A stretch of 52,854 nucleotides of DNA, counting the filler, from Bipalium vagum (Eukaryota): assembly GCA_037834085.1 (NCBI GenBank). It is 3 parts of 3 records of this genome, joined end to end, with 100 filler letters (N's around TTAATTAATTAA, not from the genome) between each part and the next. Parts side by side here need not be neighbours in the genome. Positions count along the whole stretch, not along the records: positions 1 to 16,949 come from JBBMKC010084756.1; positions 17,050 to 33,827 come from JBBMKC010094455.1; 1 more part is not named here. One strand, written 5' to 3'. Position 1 is the stretch's first letter; every line of letters starts with the position of its first letter. The notes beneath the pieces were generated by a model. That model made no database searches, had not been told where the DNA came from, and worked only from the letters and a program-made list of their open reading frames with translations. This document shows, piece by piece, positions 12,301 through 26,299 of the stretch. Position numbers and translations under genes: made by a program.

Positions 12301-15300
12301 GTGAATTTTTCTTCATAGAATCAATATTAGTTTGTAAAGTGTTGGTTTCTTGAAATGGTTTCGGAAAAGTATAAACGGAAATGCATAAAAAATCACCTAC
12401 TTATTTTCACCTTTTCAAAACCTTGGTCTGCTTTAAACGAAATTATTACTACATCAAAACCAAGTCACTGCTACTCTGCCCCTCTATGAAATATAAAAAT
12501 GATTTTGTTTCACCATCGAGAAGTATAGAAGCAAATCAATAAAGGCATCCCTCAAATCACAACTCGAATTTTTGTTCATAAAGTAAAATTGGGATAGGTC
12601 TACGAGAATTTCATTAAGCATTATTTGATTTTCCTTTGATAAAGGTTTCCCACTGTAAAATTTATTCAAACTATATATAGATAATCACGTTATCATTTTC
12701 GGGAAACATTTTGTTTTTCAAAGACGCGTTCGTTTCATTTCTCTCTCTCTCTCTCGTCTCTTTTTGTTTCGAAATCAAAGGAAAAATTAACATAATTATA
12801 GTAAGTTTTTGAAAGTGAATTTATTCAACAAACAACAACAGTAAACCATAGTCACAGTTTTGATAATAGTGAAATAGGAAATCAAAAAGTTCTAGGGCTC
12901 GTCTCAATATTAAAACAAAGCATAAATAAAAGAAATTTTTATTCTAAATATGAACCATCGGAATCAAAACACATTTTTTAATCAAGTCAAATCTTGACCT
13001 ATGGTGTAGTTAATCACTTTAAGATTCATTTAATTCTGGAAATATGAAGCATAATGGAAATGTGTAATTGGTTGAAATTCTCTTAAAAACCGCAATTCGA
13101 GATTTTGCTTAAATTAATGTTGTTATGGTTACGGTATTTAAACTTTCTATTTTAAGACAATAAAAATATGTAAATTAGAGTTAGGGTTTAAATGATAAAC
13201 AGAAAATTATGGGTTAGTTATATTATTATACAATTAATTGTAAAACCCGTAACTATGGCAACATAATTTTTAAAAAATCAAGATTTTCGGTAATTTAGCC
13301 GACACAGATCTTTGATTATAAACTGGTTGTCATGAGGAAAAACTCGATGACAAAGTCTTACTGAGACATATAGAAGAATTTGCTTTATCAGATATTTCAT
13401 TTTGCTCTTTAAGGAACCATATAAGGATTACATATCCGGATTAAAATGACCATAACACTGTTATTGATCTCTTAGCATTGAAACCTTGAGTAACCATTAC
13501 TTTGACTGTATTTAGCTTACAAGATGTAATGATAATTATAGATCTCATTTTCAGTTATTAATTTCCATGATAACGTTTCAGGATCATTGTCAAATAAATG
13601 GAAAAATGAATTTTGCACAAGGTTCTCAGCATTCGTCATAGTCACCTCAATGGGACAATGAAAATCATGCACTTTGAAAGAAAATGAGATGAATGACTTT
13701 TTGCATTCAAAAGGCCTAAATAACGCAACTGTTTTATTTTCAATATTTTAAGCCACTACTATTGGTAGGATGTAAGACGAGAAAACATTGAAACACATAT
13801 GATAAATATTACAGTTACCCTACCGACAGTTATTATCTGGAATTCAAGATATTTGCTTATTTTAATTAGACGGTAGCGTAAGAATGTTATTTGACTGCTG
13901 TGATCAAGAACTAATATAACGAACATTTGTGTACATCTTCTTTGTTTACCTGACATTACCATTACAGATTTATAACGTCTTTTGTACTACATAACAATGT
14001 CGCTTAAGATTCAGTGATCGAAATTGACCTGAAAAATGCGGAAGTTTACCATTTTGACTCACGTCAAAACCACGGACATTCTTTTAAGAAGACACCATCT
14101 TAAACATTGTAACAGAAATCTTTCGTCATTGATAAAAAATAGTTTCAGTGACTTAGCTTGTAATAACATCGTTACTTGTAATATTATCTTGCAATATAAT
14201 AGCTACAGAAGAGACGCTTTTGAGTCTTTACCTTCCTTACTCTAAAAGAAATTGATTTTCGAAAATGAGAAACCTTTCAACGTCTTGCGTCTTGGAATTT
14301 CACATCGCAACTGTGCCATGTTGAACGTCTTTTGTGATAGAAAGGGAATCTTGAAACTATATTTCACTGAACAAATCTAAATTTGGATTACTACAGTAAT
14401 CTCATACCTGAAACCCGAAGCATTCGACCCATGCCACCCAACCAGGAGTTTTTTGTGCTCCATGATAACGCTCATATTCACACATCCAAGAAAACACAAG
14501 ACGCATTAACAAAAGCTTGATTTATGCCGTTCGATCATCCTCCATACAGTCCATATCTTACATCAAGTGATTTTTGGTTGTTCAATTATCTGAAGAAACA
14601 TGTTAGAGGACATAATCTTGTTTCAAAGGATGATATGAAAGATAATATGACAAAGATCAAAACTTCTTTGAAATAGACTTCAGTGGAATGGTCAATCGAT
14701 GGAAAAAGGGCATCAATATACTCGTGGTATACGGATTATTATAAAAAATTGTTGAGTTGACTTCAGTGTTTCTAGGAGATTTTAAGTACTTTTAAGCCTT
14801 ACCACGCATATTTAGCCTGCTGACTGAAGATAACTTGAAATAAAAAGATCATAAAAATATGACATCGTATCAGAAGAAGTGTAAGCAAAGTTGTATAATT
14901 TCAAGACTGGTTTTGTTGAAAAATTTGTTAAAATGAAAATTATTATTCACAAAAATAGAAAAACTATGTCAGACAATATTTAAATAACCGGGCGGCCTAG
15001 GAAAGCTTGTTTAAATGTCTCAATTTTAAATAAAATTTGACGCCTCTAAGTTTAATAAATAGTGCACGGAACCTCAGTGATTTTATTTAAAAAGATAAAA
15101 ATGTTAATATTAATAATATAATATTATTAATAAAATATAAATTTTTTAGTAATATTTATTTTAAGAAAATACAAAAGTGCAAAAATAAAATTTTTCATAT
15201 TTCTTTTGATATGATAAGTTGCCAAGGTGACTGCATCATTACAATCATTTTTTCGTTTTTCCTCAATTATTGTTTAACTGAACTCCAAAATGATTTTATA

Positions 15301-16374
15301 TCTCGGGTTTGAATTTCAAAATTATCTGCGATACAAAGTTTTTAAAACATCTATTGATTGCTATAGATTATTATAACCTTTTCAACTATCACTCATAATA
15401 ATCGATCATAGATATTCTTTTTGTCTATCATTCACAAACTCAATAAACCAATGACTTTAGAAGCACCAAATTCATTACTTATTAAACTTGGAAACTTTGT
15501 AAGGTTGATTAAAAATTATATTTAAAATTTGAAAAATTTAAACAAGCTGTTCTAGGCCGCCCGGTTAACGAAACTCATACAATAATTGATAATAATATTA
15601 ATATAATAATTATTAAATATTAATAGTATGAAATGAACTATTTTACCAATCACCACAAACATCACATAAATATTAAGAGTCAGACTACATACCAAATAAA
15701 TGTCTTACCATCAGCTGGCAAGGTATAGCGCGCATATTCTGGAAAGTAGTCTTCAATTTTAGATTTTGCAGCCAATACCTTTTCTTTTAAAACATCTTGT
15801 TTATTCAAAAACAATATCACGGATATATTTCTCAGCCAACTGAAATTGAAAAGCGATTCTGTTATTTATTCAAATGGAGAACAAAAAATCTATTAGCAGA
15901 ATGGTTAAAACGTTAAATTAGCGTAAATTAAACGATCAAAACGCACAATGTTACCTGTTAAACTAGGAGTAACCTTCATGAAAAAAAATTGGGAAAAGCT
16001 GAATAGTGGTATAAAATTAGTAATCAATCATGTTAGAATTGATGAAAAATATTTATAATGGATTATTTAATAATTATTAAAATTGATTATAATAAATATT
16101 TTTTATTAATCAATAAATACCGATTGTTCCAAATAGTCTTCAAAAGTTCAAGAGATTCTCTAAGACGATTTTGACTGGCATCTTCACGTAAAACCATATT
16201 GTACGAAGAGCACGCAGTTACGAAAATAATTGCAGTAACATCATTAAAACATTGTATCCATTTTCGGCGTTCGTCCCTTTGGCCGCCAACATCAAACATG
16301 TGAAAATTAACTTTGTCAACAGTAAATTTTGTTTCGAAAATACCTGACGTTAAAACTCGACACCGAAGAATATC
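9352..16374 (-). CDS. GNAS: Heterotrimeric G protein alpha-s subunit, 3' part; exons 16374-16121, 15839-15709, 9683-9613, 9498-9352
   Basis: The spliced translation [47 protein letters not shown]...IWNNR|[15 protein letters not shown]...LPAD|[24 protein letters not shown]|[48 protein letters not shown] has phase-compatible GT-AG junctions. The C-terminal QYELL is diagnostic of Gs. N-terminal exons (GAGESGKST) were not found. Confidence 0.96.
9990..11070 (-). mobile_element. Fragmented mariner (Mos1-like) transposase relics inside the GNAS intron
   Basis: [20 protein letters not shown] (11020-10960) resembles the Mos1 N-terminus. [11 protein letters not shown] and [18 protein letters not shown]...ISVTCCE (10310-10060) resemble the HTH-to-catalytic region. 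Confidence 0.6.
11290..12120 (-). mobile_element. Degenerate Tc1/mariner (maT/DD37D-like) transposase relic
   Basis: DNPRSGRP (about 11975-11950) and [23 protein letters not shown] (about 11463-11395), resembling WPPSSPDLNPLDY.IW. Confidence 0.65.
14450..14720 (+). mobile_element. Mariner transposase catalytic C-terminal relic (D34D)
   Basis: [51 protein letters not shown]: 34 residues between the catalytic Asp residues, with an in-frame stop. Confidence 0.85.
14988..15564. mobile_element. Non-autonomous TIR element (MITE), piggyBac-like TTAA target
   Basis: TIRs of about 29 bp: CCGGGCGGCCTAGGAAAGCTTGTTTAAAT and ATTTAAACAAGCTGTTCTAGGCCGCCCGG. Flanked by ATAA on the left and TTAA on the right; no ORF inside. 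Confidence 0.8.
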
Positions 16375-16913
16375 CTTAATGAAATTTTAATTGTTTTTTC
16401 ATACTTGATGGAAACGGAAAATATTTCATATTTGGTAAAAATAAATCGATTGTGGAAAATCTTATTAAAATAAGACTTAAAAAAAAGAAGAACCAAAAAT
16501 AATCATTGATCAATAATAAATCTGATTAAATTTGAAAATGAGCAATATCTTGATGCACTTCTTTTACTTAAGACTTTTCCTTTAAACAAATGTCCAAATA
16601 AGCAACAATCAATTTTATATTTCTAATTTTGACAATAGTCACCATTCACTAGAATAACCGGCTCTCATCTAAATGTTGAAAAGACAATTCCATTGACAAA
16701 AATTCGCCGGTTATTCTACATCACCGAATGATAGTTAATTAGGTTACATTGAACCATTATTCAAGTTTATATATTATTCTACCGAAATAAAGAACTTAAA
16801 AATCAACGAGGAACATTTTCTGATTTGTCCTTTATGGTTATATCATGTTATTTAAGTCAAGAGAACTATTTAAAACTTTGCCATCAAAGTCAAGAAATAA
16901 CAGGAATATGGTT

Positions 16914-16914
16914 A

Positions 16915-16949
<35 letters not shown>
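16914..16949. repeat. (ATT)n microsatellite at the contig end
   Basis: Pure ATT run immediately before the N gap. Confidence 0.9.
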
Positions 16950-17049
16950 NNNNNNNNNNNNNNNNNNNNNNNNNNNNNNNNNNNNNNNNNNNNTTAATTA
17001 ATTAANNNNNNNNNNNNNNNNNNNNNNNNNNNNNNNNNNNNNNNNNNNN
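16950..17049. other. Artificial assembly spacer (100 nt, Ns around TTAATTAATTAA)
   Basis: Exactly 100 nt with a 12-mer that has stops in all six frames; an identical construct is at 33828-33927. Confidence 0.95.
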
Positions 17050-19210
17050 ATTTCTAAAATTTGATTTATAATTTACAAGTTAATGATTAAATGATTAATT
17101 TAAACAATGCAGAAAATTACTTTTCTTATTTAAAATGTAAGATTTGTAACAATTATTATCTTCCAGATTTAAGTGGCGCACCCTGTAAAACTTCTTGTTC
17201 TTTCAATTTTCGAACAATGAAGACCTAAACGAAAGACACCACATGTAACGCGCCTCATAAGTTGTGAGACTTGCTTAGAAAGAGATGCACGAATATTATA
17301 ATATTTATGTAACATAACAAGTTTTATTTATTTTTCTTTATCGTTACTAAATATAATAGCAGATTTCGATCACCGAACAGCCAAGTCTCTGAAAGTGGAT
17401 TTATAGAGCTATGGAGATTTATTTTTAAAAATCAACTACTGAATTCATAATTTTTGCTTTAAAAGTAAAATTTTGACCTTTAAAATTTTCCTTAAGGTAT
17501 TTGAAGAAATAGAAATCTGAAGAACCAAATCTGGACAATAAAAAATTACCACTTGTTACTTTGAATCAATTTTTAATAATTTATAAAAATGCGAAAAATA
17601 AATAGAAATTATTTTAACCACTACGTCTCCGATCTCAAGGTGACATCTTCTGGTTATAAAGTTTGATTGGTAACCCAGTATAATCATTGATATGACCTAA
17701 CATTGCAATTAAACAGAAAATTGCACTTTTAATAACACTTCTCTAATCTAAAGTTCTCCAATTACGCAAAATCAGTGTTCAAATATATTTTCTTTATTTC
17801 TTTCTGCGTCTTATCAATAGCTATGAGAGCTCTTTCTTATACTAGTCTCCGAGCAATTCAGTCGTAAGCTATCAGTACTGTTGAACTAATCCCCAGGATT
17901 CAGCTTTATTCAGGACGAATTAAAATTACTTTAGAATTTATTTAAACAGATAAACCTCTGTATTTGAAATTTTTTTTATGAGGTTTGAACTTTTTAAGCA
18001 GATTCTATAAGGAAATTTTGCGCTGATTTCAAATCGGTAATTCGTTTGTCTCAGTCAAGTCTAGTTTTTATGATACAAAAATTTGAAATATTTATATATT
18101 ATTACATAAAAACACTACGATTATATGTACAATACTGTTTATATTTGTCAAAAAATCTGCAAAGTAACAATAATAATTTATTATAGATTACATGGTCGAA
18201 GAAAGAGCTTCTTCAAAGACTTTCGATTGTGTTGTTAATTAATAATAATAATATGAATATTATTATTAAATGTTTATTGTAAATTTAAAAATCCAAAGTA
18301 CAGAGAATTTTTATAAAAATAATGAATACCTCAAAAAATCTAAGTCATTTTGGACATTACTTTGATTATTATCCTTTATATTTTTAAAAATTTAAAATAT
18401 TAAATAAAATAATAACTTCTTACATAAAGAAAAGTACTTTTCATAAAAACCAACCAAATAAATTCTGGAAAACTAGATTTGAAAGACTTCTGCTAATTTG
18501 GAAAAGCTTTGGAGGTTATAAAAGGAAATTAACAATATTACATGGTTTTCCGAAATATTTAATCCACTAATTAAAACGAAATTAAATCGATTAAAAGGTA
18601 TGTTTTATTTACAATTTAAAATTCTTCTCCTGCAGCAGCTCTAACGAGGTATTCGTCCTGGTTTCCTTAGACTCATTTTGATATTTACACTCACTTTTTC
18701 TCATCGTAGTCTTATTTATGAAACAAAGTATTCATAAAAGTAATTAAAACAGGATTAAATATTCCGGAAAGCCCGGTAATATAAAATGAGCTGATCTTAT
18801 TACACGAAATATTGTTTGCTTGGAGGCCAATGATCAATTGTCACATTGTTATTATCTCCAGACTGAATATATTTATAAAAGTTTCTTTGAAGCATATATT
18901 AGAAATGTTATATTTTTATCAAAAGTATCCAATTTCAAAAAGACGAGATCGGCCGACTTCAGAAAGAAAATGTGAAATGAATGTTATCAATAAATATATT
19001 TTTATAAGCTTTTACAAAAAGAAATGAATTGATTAATTTAGAATGAGTATTATGATGTCTGGGAACATTTCAGATGAATTTCTATGGATTGAGTATAATG
19101 AACCGGAAAGTGTAATTATACTTTGACATTTTGATGGAGTACACAGTGGGAAGCAAATATAACTTCACTAGAATAAATTACTGGAAATGTTTTAAAATAT
19201 TTAAAATTCG

Positions 19211-19394
19211 NNNNNNNNNNNNNNNNNNNNNNNNNNNNNNNNNNNNNNNNNNNNNNNNNNNNNNNNNNNNNNNNNNNNNNNNNNNNNNNNNNNNNNNNNN
19301 NNNNNNNNNNNNNNNNNNNNNNNNNNNNNNNNNNNNNNNNNNNNNNNNNNNNNNNNNNNNNNNNNNNNNNNNNNNNNNNNNNNNNNNNNNNNNN
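19211..19394. other. Ordinary scaffold N gap
   Basis: Run of N with no linker. Confidence 0.95.
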
Positions 19395-21099
19395 TTTTTT
19401 ATAAATTCTATTTGTTTAAATGGTGTAAAAAATAAAAAAAATATTATTTTATATTAATTGATTTTAAATAATTATACCTTCTCTTAATTTAAATATTATT
19501 ATTAATATTGTAAAATAAAAAAGTGCAAAAATCTTATTTAAAAGCTTTCAGGATATATTTTCATTAAAAATAATATATAAATATAAATATATCGAAAGTG
19601 CAATTTTTCAATGTAAAATAAAATGTCTTAGCTCTGTTTTTGACAAGGAATTATCATTAACCATCATTCGACGTTTCCATAAATCTCTAATTTAATGGAA
19701 CGGTTGTATAATTGTTTTTTTAATAAAATTCCCATCCAGATTCTACTTTGATTGTTGCCATGGCAACAATCCAAATTAATATCAAGTATTATGGTTTATT
19801 TAATAATTATCTCTATCCATTTTTTTTCATTATAATTTTGTTATATACAAACTTCCATAATTTATAATAATTAATATTATTATCATAATGTTGATGTCAT
19901 TTAAATTATAATAATTGATATAATTAATATAATAACTATTAACAATACATAATAATAATTAATGAGTAAAAATCAAAGTGAGGTCTACTGTAATTATTGA
20001 ATAAAATTTTTTTCTCACAGAATAAAATGACAGCTTAAAATATAAATTATTATTAAAATATATATATATAATTAATTCTCAAATTTTATTGGCTCTTTTT
20101 TAAAGCTTTATCAGTCAATAAAATGCGTCTGAAAGGTTTGTAGACTTGGGATTAAAATTGTACTTGTAAAAGTGCAAATATTTATTAATAATTTTACTAA
20201 TAAAATTTTTTTCAATACATACTTTTTTTCAACATACTTTTCAAATAATTTTTTCATTATAGCTTAAAGTAAGGTCTGCTTAAGCATTTGAGCTTTTATC
20301 AGTTCTTCATCTGTCACCAAAACTATTTTATTTAGATAACTAAAAATTATAATCAATTATCAATGGTGACGACCAGATTTAGACCTTGAAACTGTACTAA
20401 AAAAATTAATTAATAAATATTTTTTTTACTTTAAAAAATGTCTTTCATTCCGAACAATAATGAATAAAATCGTGTTTGAACAGATAATATCAAAGATGAC
20501 AAAACAAATGGTTTTATCAGCCGTTACAATTCGTGATAAGAAAGATTGGTGCGGTTATGAGACAAATGACCGTTGACATGACACAAAGAATCTCATGACC
20601 ACCCGTTGATATTTTTCTTTTTAATCCAGAGTGCGAGAGACCAATGGACCTCTGAAAAAACTGTTACCATTTTACTGTCCATAACTGGCAGTGATCGTAA
20701 CTTTTTGTAATTCTTCTGCAACTATAGAATTAAAGGTCGTTTGATTCGGTTGGTTTTTAAGTGTTTCAATGTTCATTACACAGCATGAGTTCTGATAAAT
20801 AATGTAATATGACCTTCAGCTTAGGTTCTGTACTTTCTGCAAATAGGTTACACCTGGTTGATGTATTAAGTATAAAAATAAGTTTTTGAACATTTTTAAG
20901 AGGAATTAAATTGTTGTGGGTTAAGCAGTTGTTTCACAGGAACTTTATTTTTATTTTTGGACATTTCATTTATGTTACTTTGGTTAATATTTTTCAAAAA
21001 CAGAACTACTCGGCCTTTTTGGAAGAGGAAGAGATATGGTTTAGTGTAAACATCTTTTCAAAAACTATTTAATCAAGTTAACATACACTGATAGTGGTT

Positions 21100-21915
21100 T
21101 AAGAGGTGAAAATATTGAAATAAAAAGAGAGATAAAACCATTGGAAGGAGTCCTTTCACTCCCAAACATTAAACGATGGTGCACAATGATCATGAAAATG
21201 GTTCTATTGATCTGAAGAAGCCACCAGGAAGAAAAAAGATGCCTAAACAGCTAGAGAGATACAAACGATTTGTCAAAGGGAAAAATGGTGACAGTAAGAA
21301 AATTGGTTACCAAAACTGGAATATCAATTGGATCAGCTCAATCCATAATGAAAAAAAAATCTAGAGTTAAAGCGGAACAATATTCGAAAACAACGTTTGT
21401 TGAATATAAAGCATTTAAAAACCAGATTTGGATTTTTCAATTGAGTGAAGCATAATGTCAAAAAAGAAGATACGAAAAGGATGCTTTTTTCGAACGAAAA
21501 AATATTCCATTTGAACGGAGTCCACAATGTCCAAAATAATAGAACATGGCAGTTATTGGTGCTGATGCTGATAAAAAGGTGACATTAATCAGAAAATTCA
21601 ATATTAAAAAAATACTCCCAGTGGCAAAGAAATATAGAAATAAGGTTTTTGGGAATAATGGGATATATCAACAAGATAATGCGACGTGTCATACGGGACG
21701 AAAATCAATTGAATCGTGTTCCAAAAATTTATCAAATTTTATTCTAAAAAAACGTTGGCCTCTTAATTCACCCGATTTAAATCCTTTGGACTATTGTGTT
21801 TGAAATGATTTTGTTCGGAGTATCACGTGGTATCGAATGACATCCAAAAAGAAATTGACATGGATAAAATTGTGGACAGTGTCAATCCGAGAGTACCGTC
21901 GTTTGAAGCGCATGT
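21100..21915 (+). mobile_element. Degenerate maT/DD37D-type Tc1/mariner transposase
   Basis: KKPPGRK, MLFSNEKIFHLNGVHNVQNNR and YQQDNATCHT...RWPLNSPDLNPLDYCV with D-37-D spacing; multiple frameshifts. Confidence 0.8.
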
Positions 21916-23438
21916 GGAAAGCTAACGGTGACTATATTTTTTTGATATTCAAAGATAAATTTATTCTGGACATTTTCTTACACTTAAAAAATATTCGAAG
22001 TTCAATCTATTTTAAAAATTTCGAAATTTAAATATGAGTATCATTATATATGTTGAACACTCGTTAAACAAAAATTGTGTTTTTCTTATCCAACGACAAA
22101 ACCTTTTGACTGACCTAGAATTTCGTAATTAAATATTGACATTTTAAAAAGAGGAAAGTATTCTTTGAAGCCAATATCTTGATAAGACGTACAAAGTTTA
22201 GTTTTTATTAAAATCATTATTTTCCCCATTTTTATGAAATACCGAGACTGACGAAACATGAAACTTGTATCAGTCAATTTGTCTCCAAAGAAGGTACATG
22301 TATCTTCAATCTCGTGCTATTAAAACAAATTCATTGACAATAAAAATATTTTTCCTTTTAATCTTCGGTATACATTGATGATTCAAACGTTGAGGTATAT
22401 TTGATAGGTTGAATATCACTAGGGGTCTTGGTTTTTACAAACTGAGAATAATCCTTAAAGGTGACGAAAATGGATGACTTATTAAATGAGGTTGTGTAAG
22501 AGATCATCGGGAATAACATTATTGATTATATCATCATCATAGGTCATATTATAATAATAGGCCTACTGTCTGGGTTAATTAATTGTTTTCGTAGGTAAGT
22601 AATCAACATTTCAAAATAAATAATTATATCCATTATTACATAAACTGTTGGTGTCTTAGTAATAGAAGAGATTGTTTGTTCTTATCCAAGCAAAATCGGG
22701 TTAGGACAAATTCAAAGGTTGCTTAAAAACCCTTTAGTTGTTTAAAACAAAACATAACCAAAGATTACAGTTTTTTTTAATAAAGCTTATCAATGTTGAA
22801 TATTTAATCTTCAGAGATTTTCAAGAGAACATAACAATAGATCTTCATAAGGTATGACAAATGAAGAACATAATCCAATAATAATAATAATGATAATACG
22901 TATTTTGTTAATATTTCATCTAAGTATTTATCAATATATTTTATAATTTTAATCACCTGAGCCCACGTTTTTATATGACGTTCTGACAACCAAAGCGAAT
23001 TGGTTATTTCAACACGTCTCCCGACGGGTAGGATACCTGGACGAGGAATATGGATTATATTTCATATCAATCAATTATCCAGCTTCTTCTGAACTCATTT
23101 CATCAATTTCACGCTGTTTTCTGTCTTTTTTGTTCTGAATTCCGATCAATAAAGTATCTAGCTTTTTCATAATATTGACATTTTATATTTTTCACCATTC
23201 AGTAGAAAAGGAAAAAGAAAAATTATATTTTTAATGCTTAGTCTGTTATCAGAAAATAAATATTTGACGAAAAAAGGTTATTTAAGTCGATTGGAGACTT
23301 TATTTTCAAAGCAAGCTGTCTTTGATTAAATATAAATTATTAATTATTAAAAATTCTGGTCGGAATTTTTATTTTTTGAACATTGATAATTTCAAGGCAA
23401 ATAATGAGGTTTTTCTCTTTATAATATTGAAGCAAAGC

Positions 23439-24170
23439 TCAAATTGCTATTAGGTTGTTCAGAAAGTTTTTCACATTCATTTTAAAAAAGTATAAGTCAT
23501 ACGAAACAAAAGGTTTATTGGTTAAAATAAAACCGTTAGCGTTTACACATATTTCACTACGAATCGGTCGATTTTTCATAGAATTCGGTAGACACGGAGG
23601 CAAAGAACTGTTTAAATTTTTTAGCAGCTCTTTGTTCTGAAATCCTTTTTCATTTAAATAATTTTGTAAATGTTTAAATAAATCGAAATCGGGTGGTGAG
23701 AGATCGGGCAAGTACGGTAGATGTAGCAGAATGTCATAATTTTTGGCTTTTCAGTTTATACATGGTTTGCTTTGCTATTTGCGGACGGACATATAGCTAT
23801 GTAATAGAATTAGAACTTTTCTGTTGATCAATGGTGGGTACATTCTTCACACCTTTTCTTGCATAATATCAATTTATAGGCATTATTTCTCTGCTGTTAT
23901 CATTTATCCCTTTTCCAGGTTATTGTAATGAATCACTCCTTTTGAACACCACCATACCCTAACAATTATCTTTTTTCTTGTTGAATCGGTTTTGGGAAAG
24001 ATTTGAGACATTCACAATTGTCTAACCACTGTGCTGAAAGTTTAATATTGTTATTTAGCATCGATATAAAATACATATACCAACAAGTAATGAGACATGA
24101 GGGAATGGCTCGTTTTTCATCCTTAAAATGAGTTCTGAGCATAACTGATAGTGCTTTATTTTTTTATGGT
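23439..24170 (-). mobile_element. Mariner transposase relic
   Basis: LLHLPYLPDLSPPDFDLFKHLQNYLNEKGFQN matches HPPYSPDLAPSDF.LF..L.N.L; the upstream region is degraded. Confidence 0.75.
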
Positions 24171-24409
24171 TAGCTCATGTCGTGTCTCCATGTCCACTGA
24201 AATCAAGGTAACACGAGATCTCGCAAAAAGAGTTCGTACATCCAAATCAATGGTTCAAAGACCTAAGAAGAGAAACAATTTTAGGACATAAAAAGATAAA
24301 ACTCCAAAGAAAGACCTTAGTCGATGGATAAAATCAATCTTATCCCAATTCTATACTGCCAGTTCTAATATCATAACCAGTGAGAAAGAAAAGTATATTT
24401 CATTTGAGA

Positions 24410-24605
24410 ATTTTTGTCCAAAAATATTAGTTTGGAAAGCACAATCTGCCAATGTGGACAACGAAAACAACCATTTTTCGCAAAAGGTACCATGGGGTCA
24501 CAAACTTACATCGACGAATGCATGAAAAAAAGATTGATAGAATTTTTGAAGAAATACGAAGGTTTTACTTTGTGGAGACTACCAAAACAAACCAAAAACA
24601 AATGA
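24410..24605 (+). mobile_element. Tc1-like transposase fragment
   Basis: TICQCGQRKQPFFAKGTMGSQTYIDECMKKRLIEFLKKY resembles the AIC.CG.KS.PF...T.N...Y..ECL.KRL.PFI segment of Tc1-like transposases. Confidence 0.55.
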
Positions 24606-26299
24606 CAATGTGATCCTTATTCGATAAGCTAACAATGATTTTATCCCGTGTTTTAATAAACAATTTTATTTGTGCTAATAAAAATTTGTTATTTTAATGT
24701 TTATTTTATTTTTGATGTGAAAAGAATTCTTCCCCAAGATTTATAATTATAAAATAGAAAATAAAAAAAATAAATTCTGTAATTAATTATAATAATAATA
24801 ATTATTATTATTGTTGCTATTATTATTATTGTTATAATAATCAAAACAAAAATATATTTCTCTAAAAATAAAAGTATAATAAAAAATAATTTAGTAAGTG
24901 TAACTTACTAAAAATAGAATTAAGGCTAATTATTTATATGAAAAATATATTTTTTAAAATATTTAATTTATAATTAATATATATTTTTATACTGTAATTA
25001 TTAATTCGATAGATTTACATAATTACTAGAAAATAATTAATTAATAAATCATTAAAATCATTAATTTAGCTGATAATTTCAATAAATTATACAGCTGATA
25101 TAATAAAAAATCTTTTAAATAAGTGTTAGGGTTCAGCCCTAAAATCAATTAACAGTTTTTGTTCATTTCTTCATTTCCGTCGCAGATCTTTTTGTTTTTG
25201 TAGTTCACACATTAATTAGGGTGGTGAATTACCAATCTTTGAGGGCTTTTGAGACACTTATCAGTGCGAAAAGATTTCCTTCCTTTAATTAAGCCTAAAC
25301 TCGGGGAAAGTTTTCTTACAGAGGATTGTTCAAACAGCAATCACTCTTGTTTTGTAAAGTTGATAAATCATTTTTAGTGTCAATAAAGATTTGAAAAGTA
25401 CTTGTTCTCTTAGTCGATTAAAACTCATATTTAGATCACGCTTAAAAAATAGCCCTACCCGTTAAGCTCTTAGTTTTAGCTCCACTTTTAAGAGACTTAA
25501 CAACTTTATTTTAGCCGGATCAAAATATTATATATAATATATTAGATTTTTGAGTATATTTGTAAAGGGTACCATAACTGGTGAGAGAAAGTGATGAGAT
25601 AAATTTGAAGAAGTTGGAATTTTTATTTAATTGAATCAAATAATAAGTCAATATAATCAATATATTCAAATAATATTCATTTGAAAACAATTACATAGCT
25701 TTAGCACGATAAAGGTGGCAGAGTGTGAGTATTTTTTGAAACGAAATACTTCAATTTAGGATAAAATCTGTTACCATCCAATATTTCCTAGAAGAATCTA
25801 TTTCACTGTCTATTGTAATGTCAAGCCTGACGAAAATGATCTTCCTATTGAGCAAACATCAAAAGATTCCACTCCATTAATTTTCAGTTTTAGAAGATTA
25901 CAGAATTTGTTAAAATTTTGTGTATCTTAGAGACGATTATCTGATCAGAATGACTTATACCATCAACAATTTTCTCTAATCTTAACAAAGGAGGCGTAAA
26001 ATATATCAAAGATGCATGAAAAAGTCTAAGTATTCCAAGAAAACTTCTGCATAAAATTCATAAGAATTTTATGAAAGGCTGAAAGGTTGTAATAATGTTT
26101 TGATATTTATAATTGACGATGAGAAGTAGCAAAACTTTTTCTGAATAAGAAATATTATTATGTAAAGCATTAAATGTAAAGCTCTTTTTTACAATATTGT
26201 TTTTTTATTTAATAGGTAATATAAATATTACGTAATCATAAAAAGAAAACAATAATTTAGTCAAAATATTTTCCATCGTTAACAATAACTTTCTCCCAT

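Noticed and set aside
16994-17005. TTAATTAATTAA palindrome inside Ns (also 33872-33883) as a biological site
   Set aside because: Identical and centred in exactly 100-nt N blocks, so it is an artificial linker.
22086-23250. Possible small minus-strand exons or the GNAS N-terminus
   Set aside because: Candidate splice combinations hit stops quickly and none resembles G-alpha.
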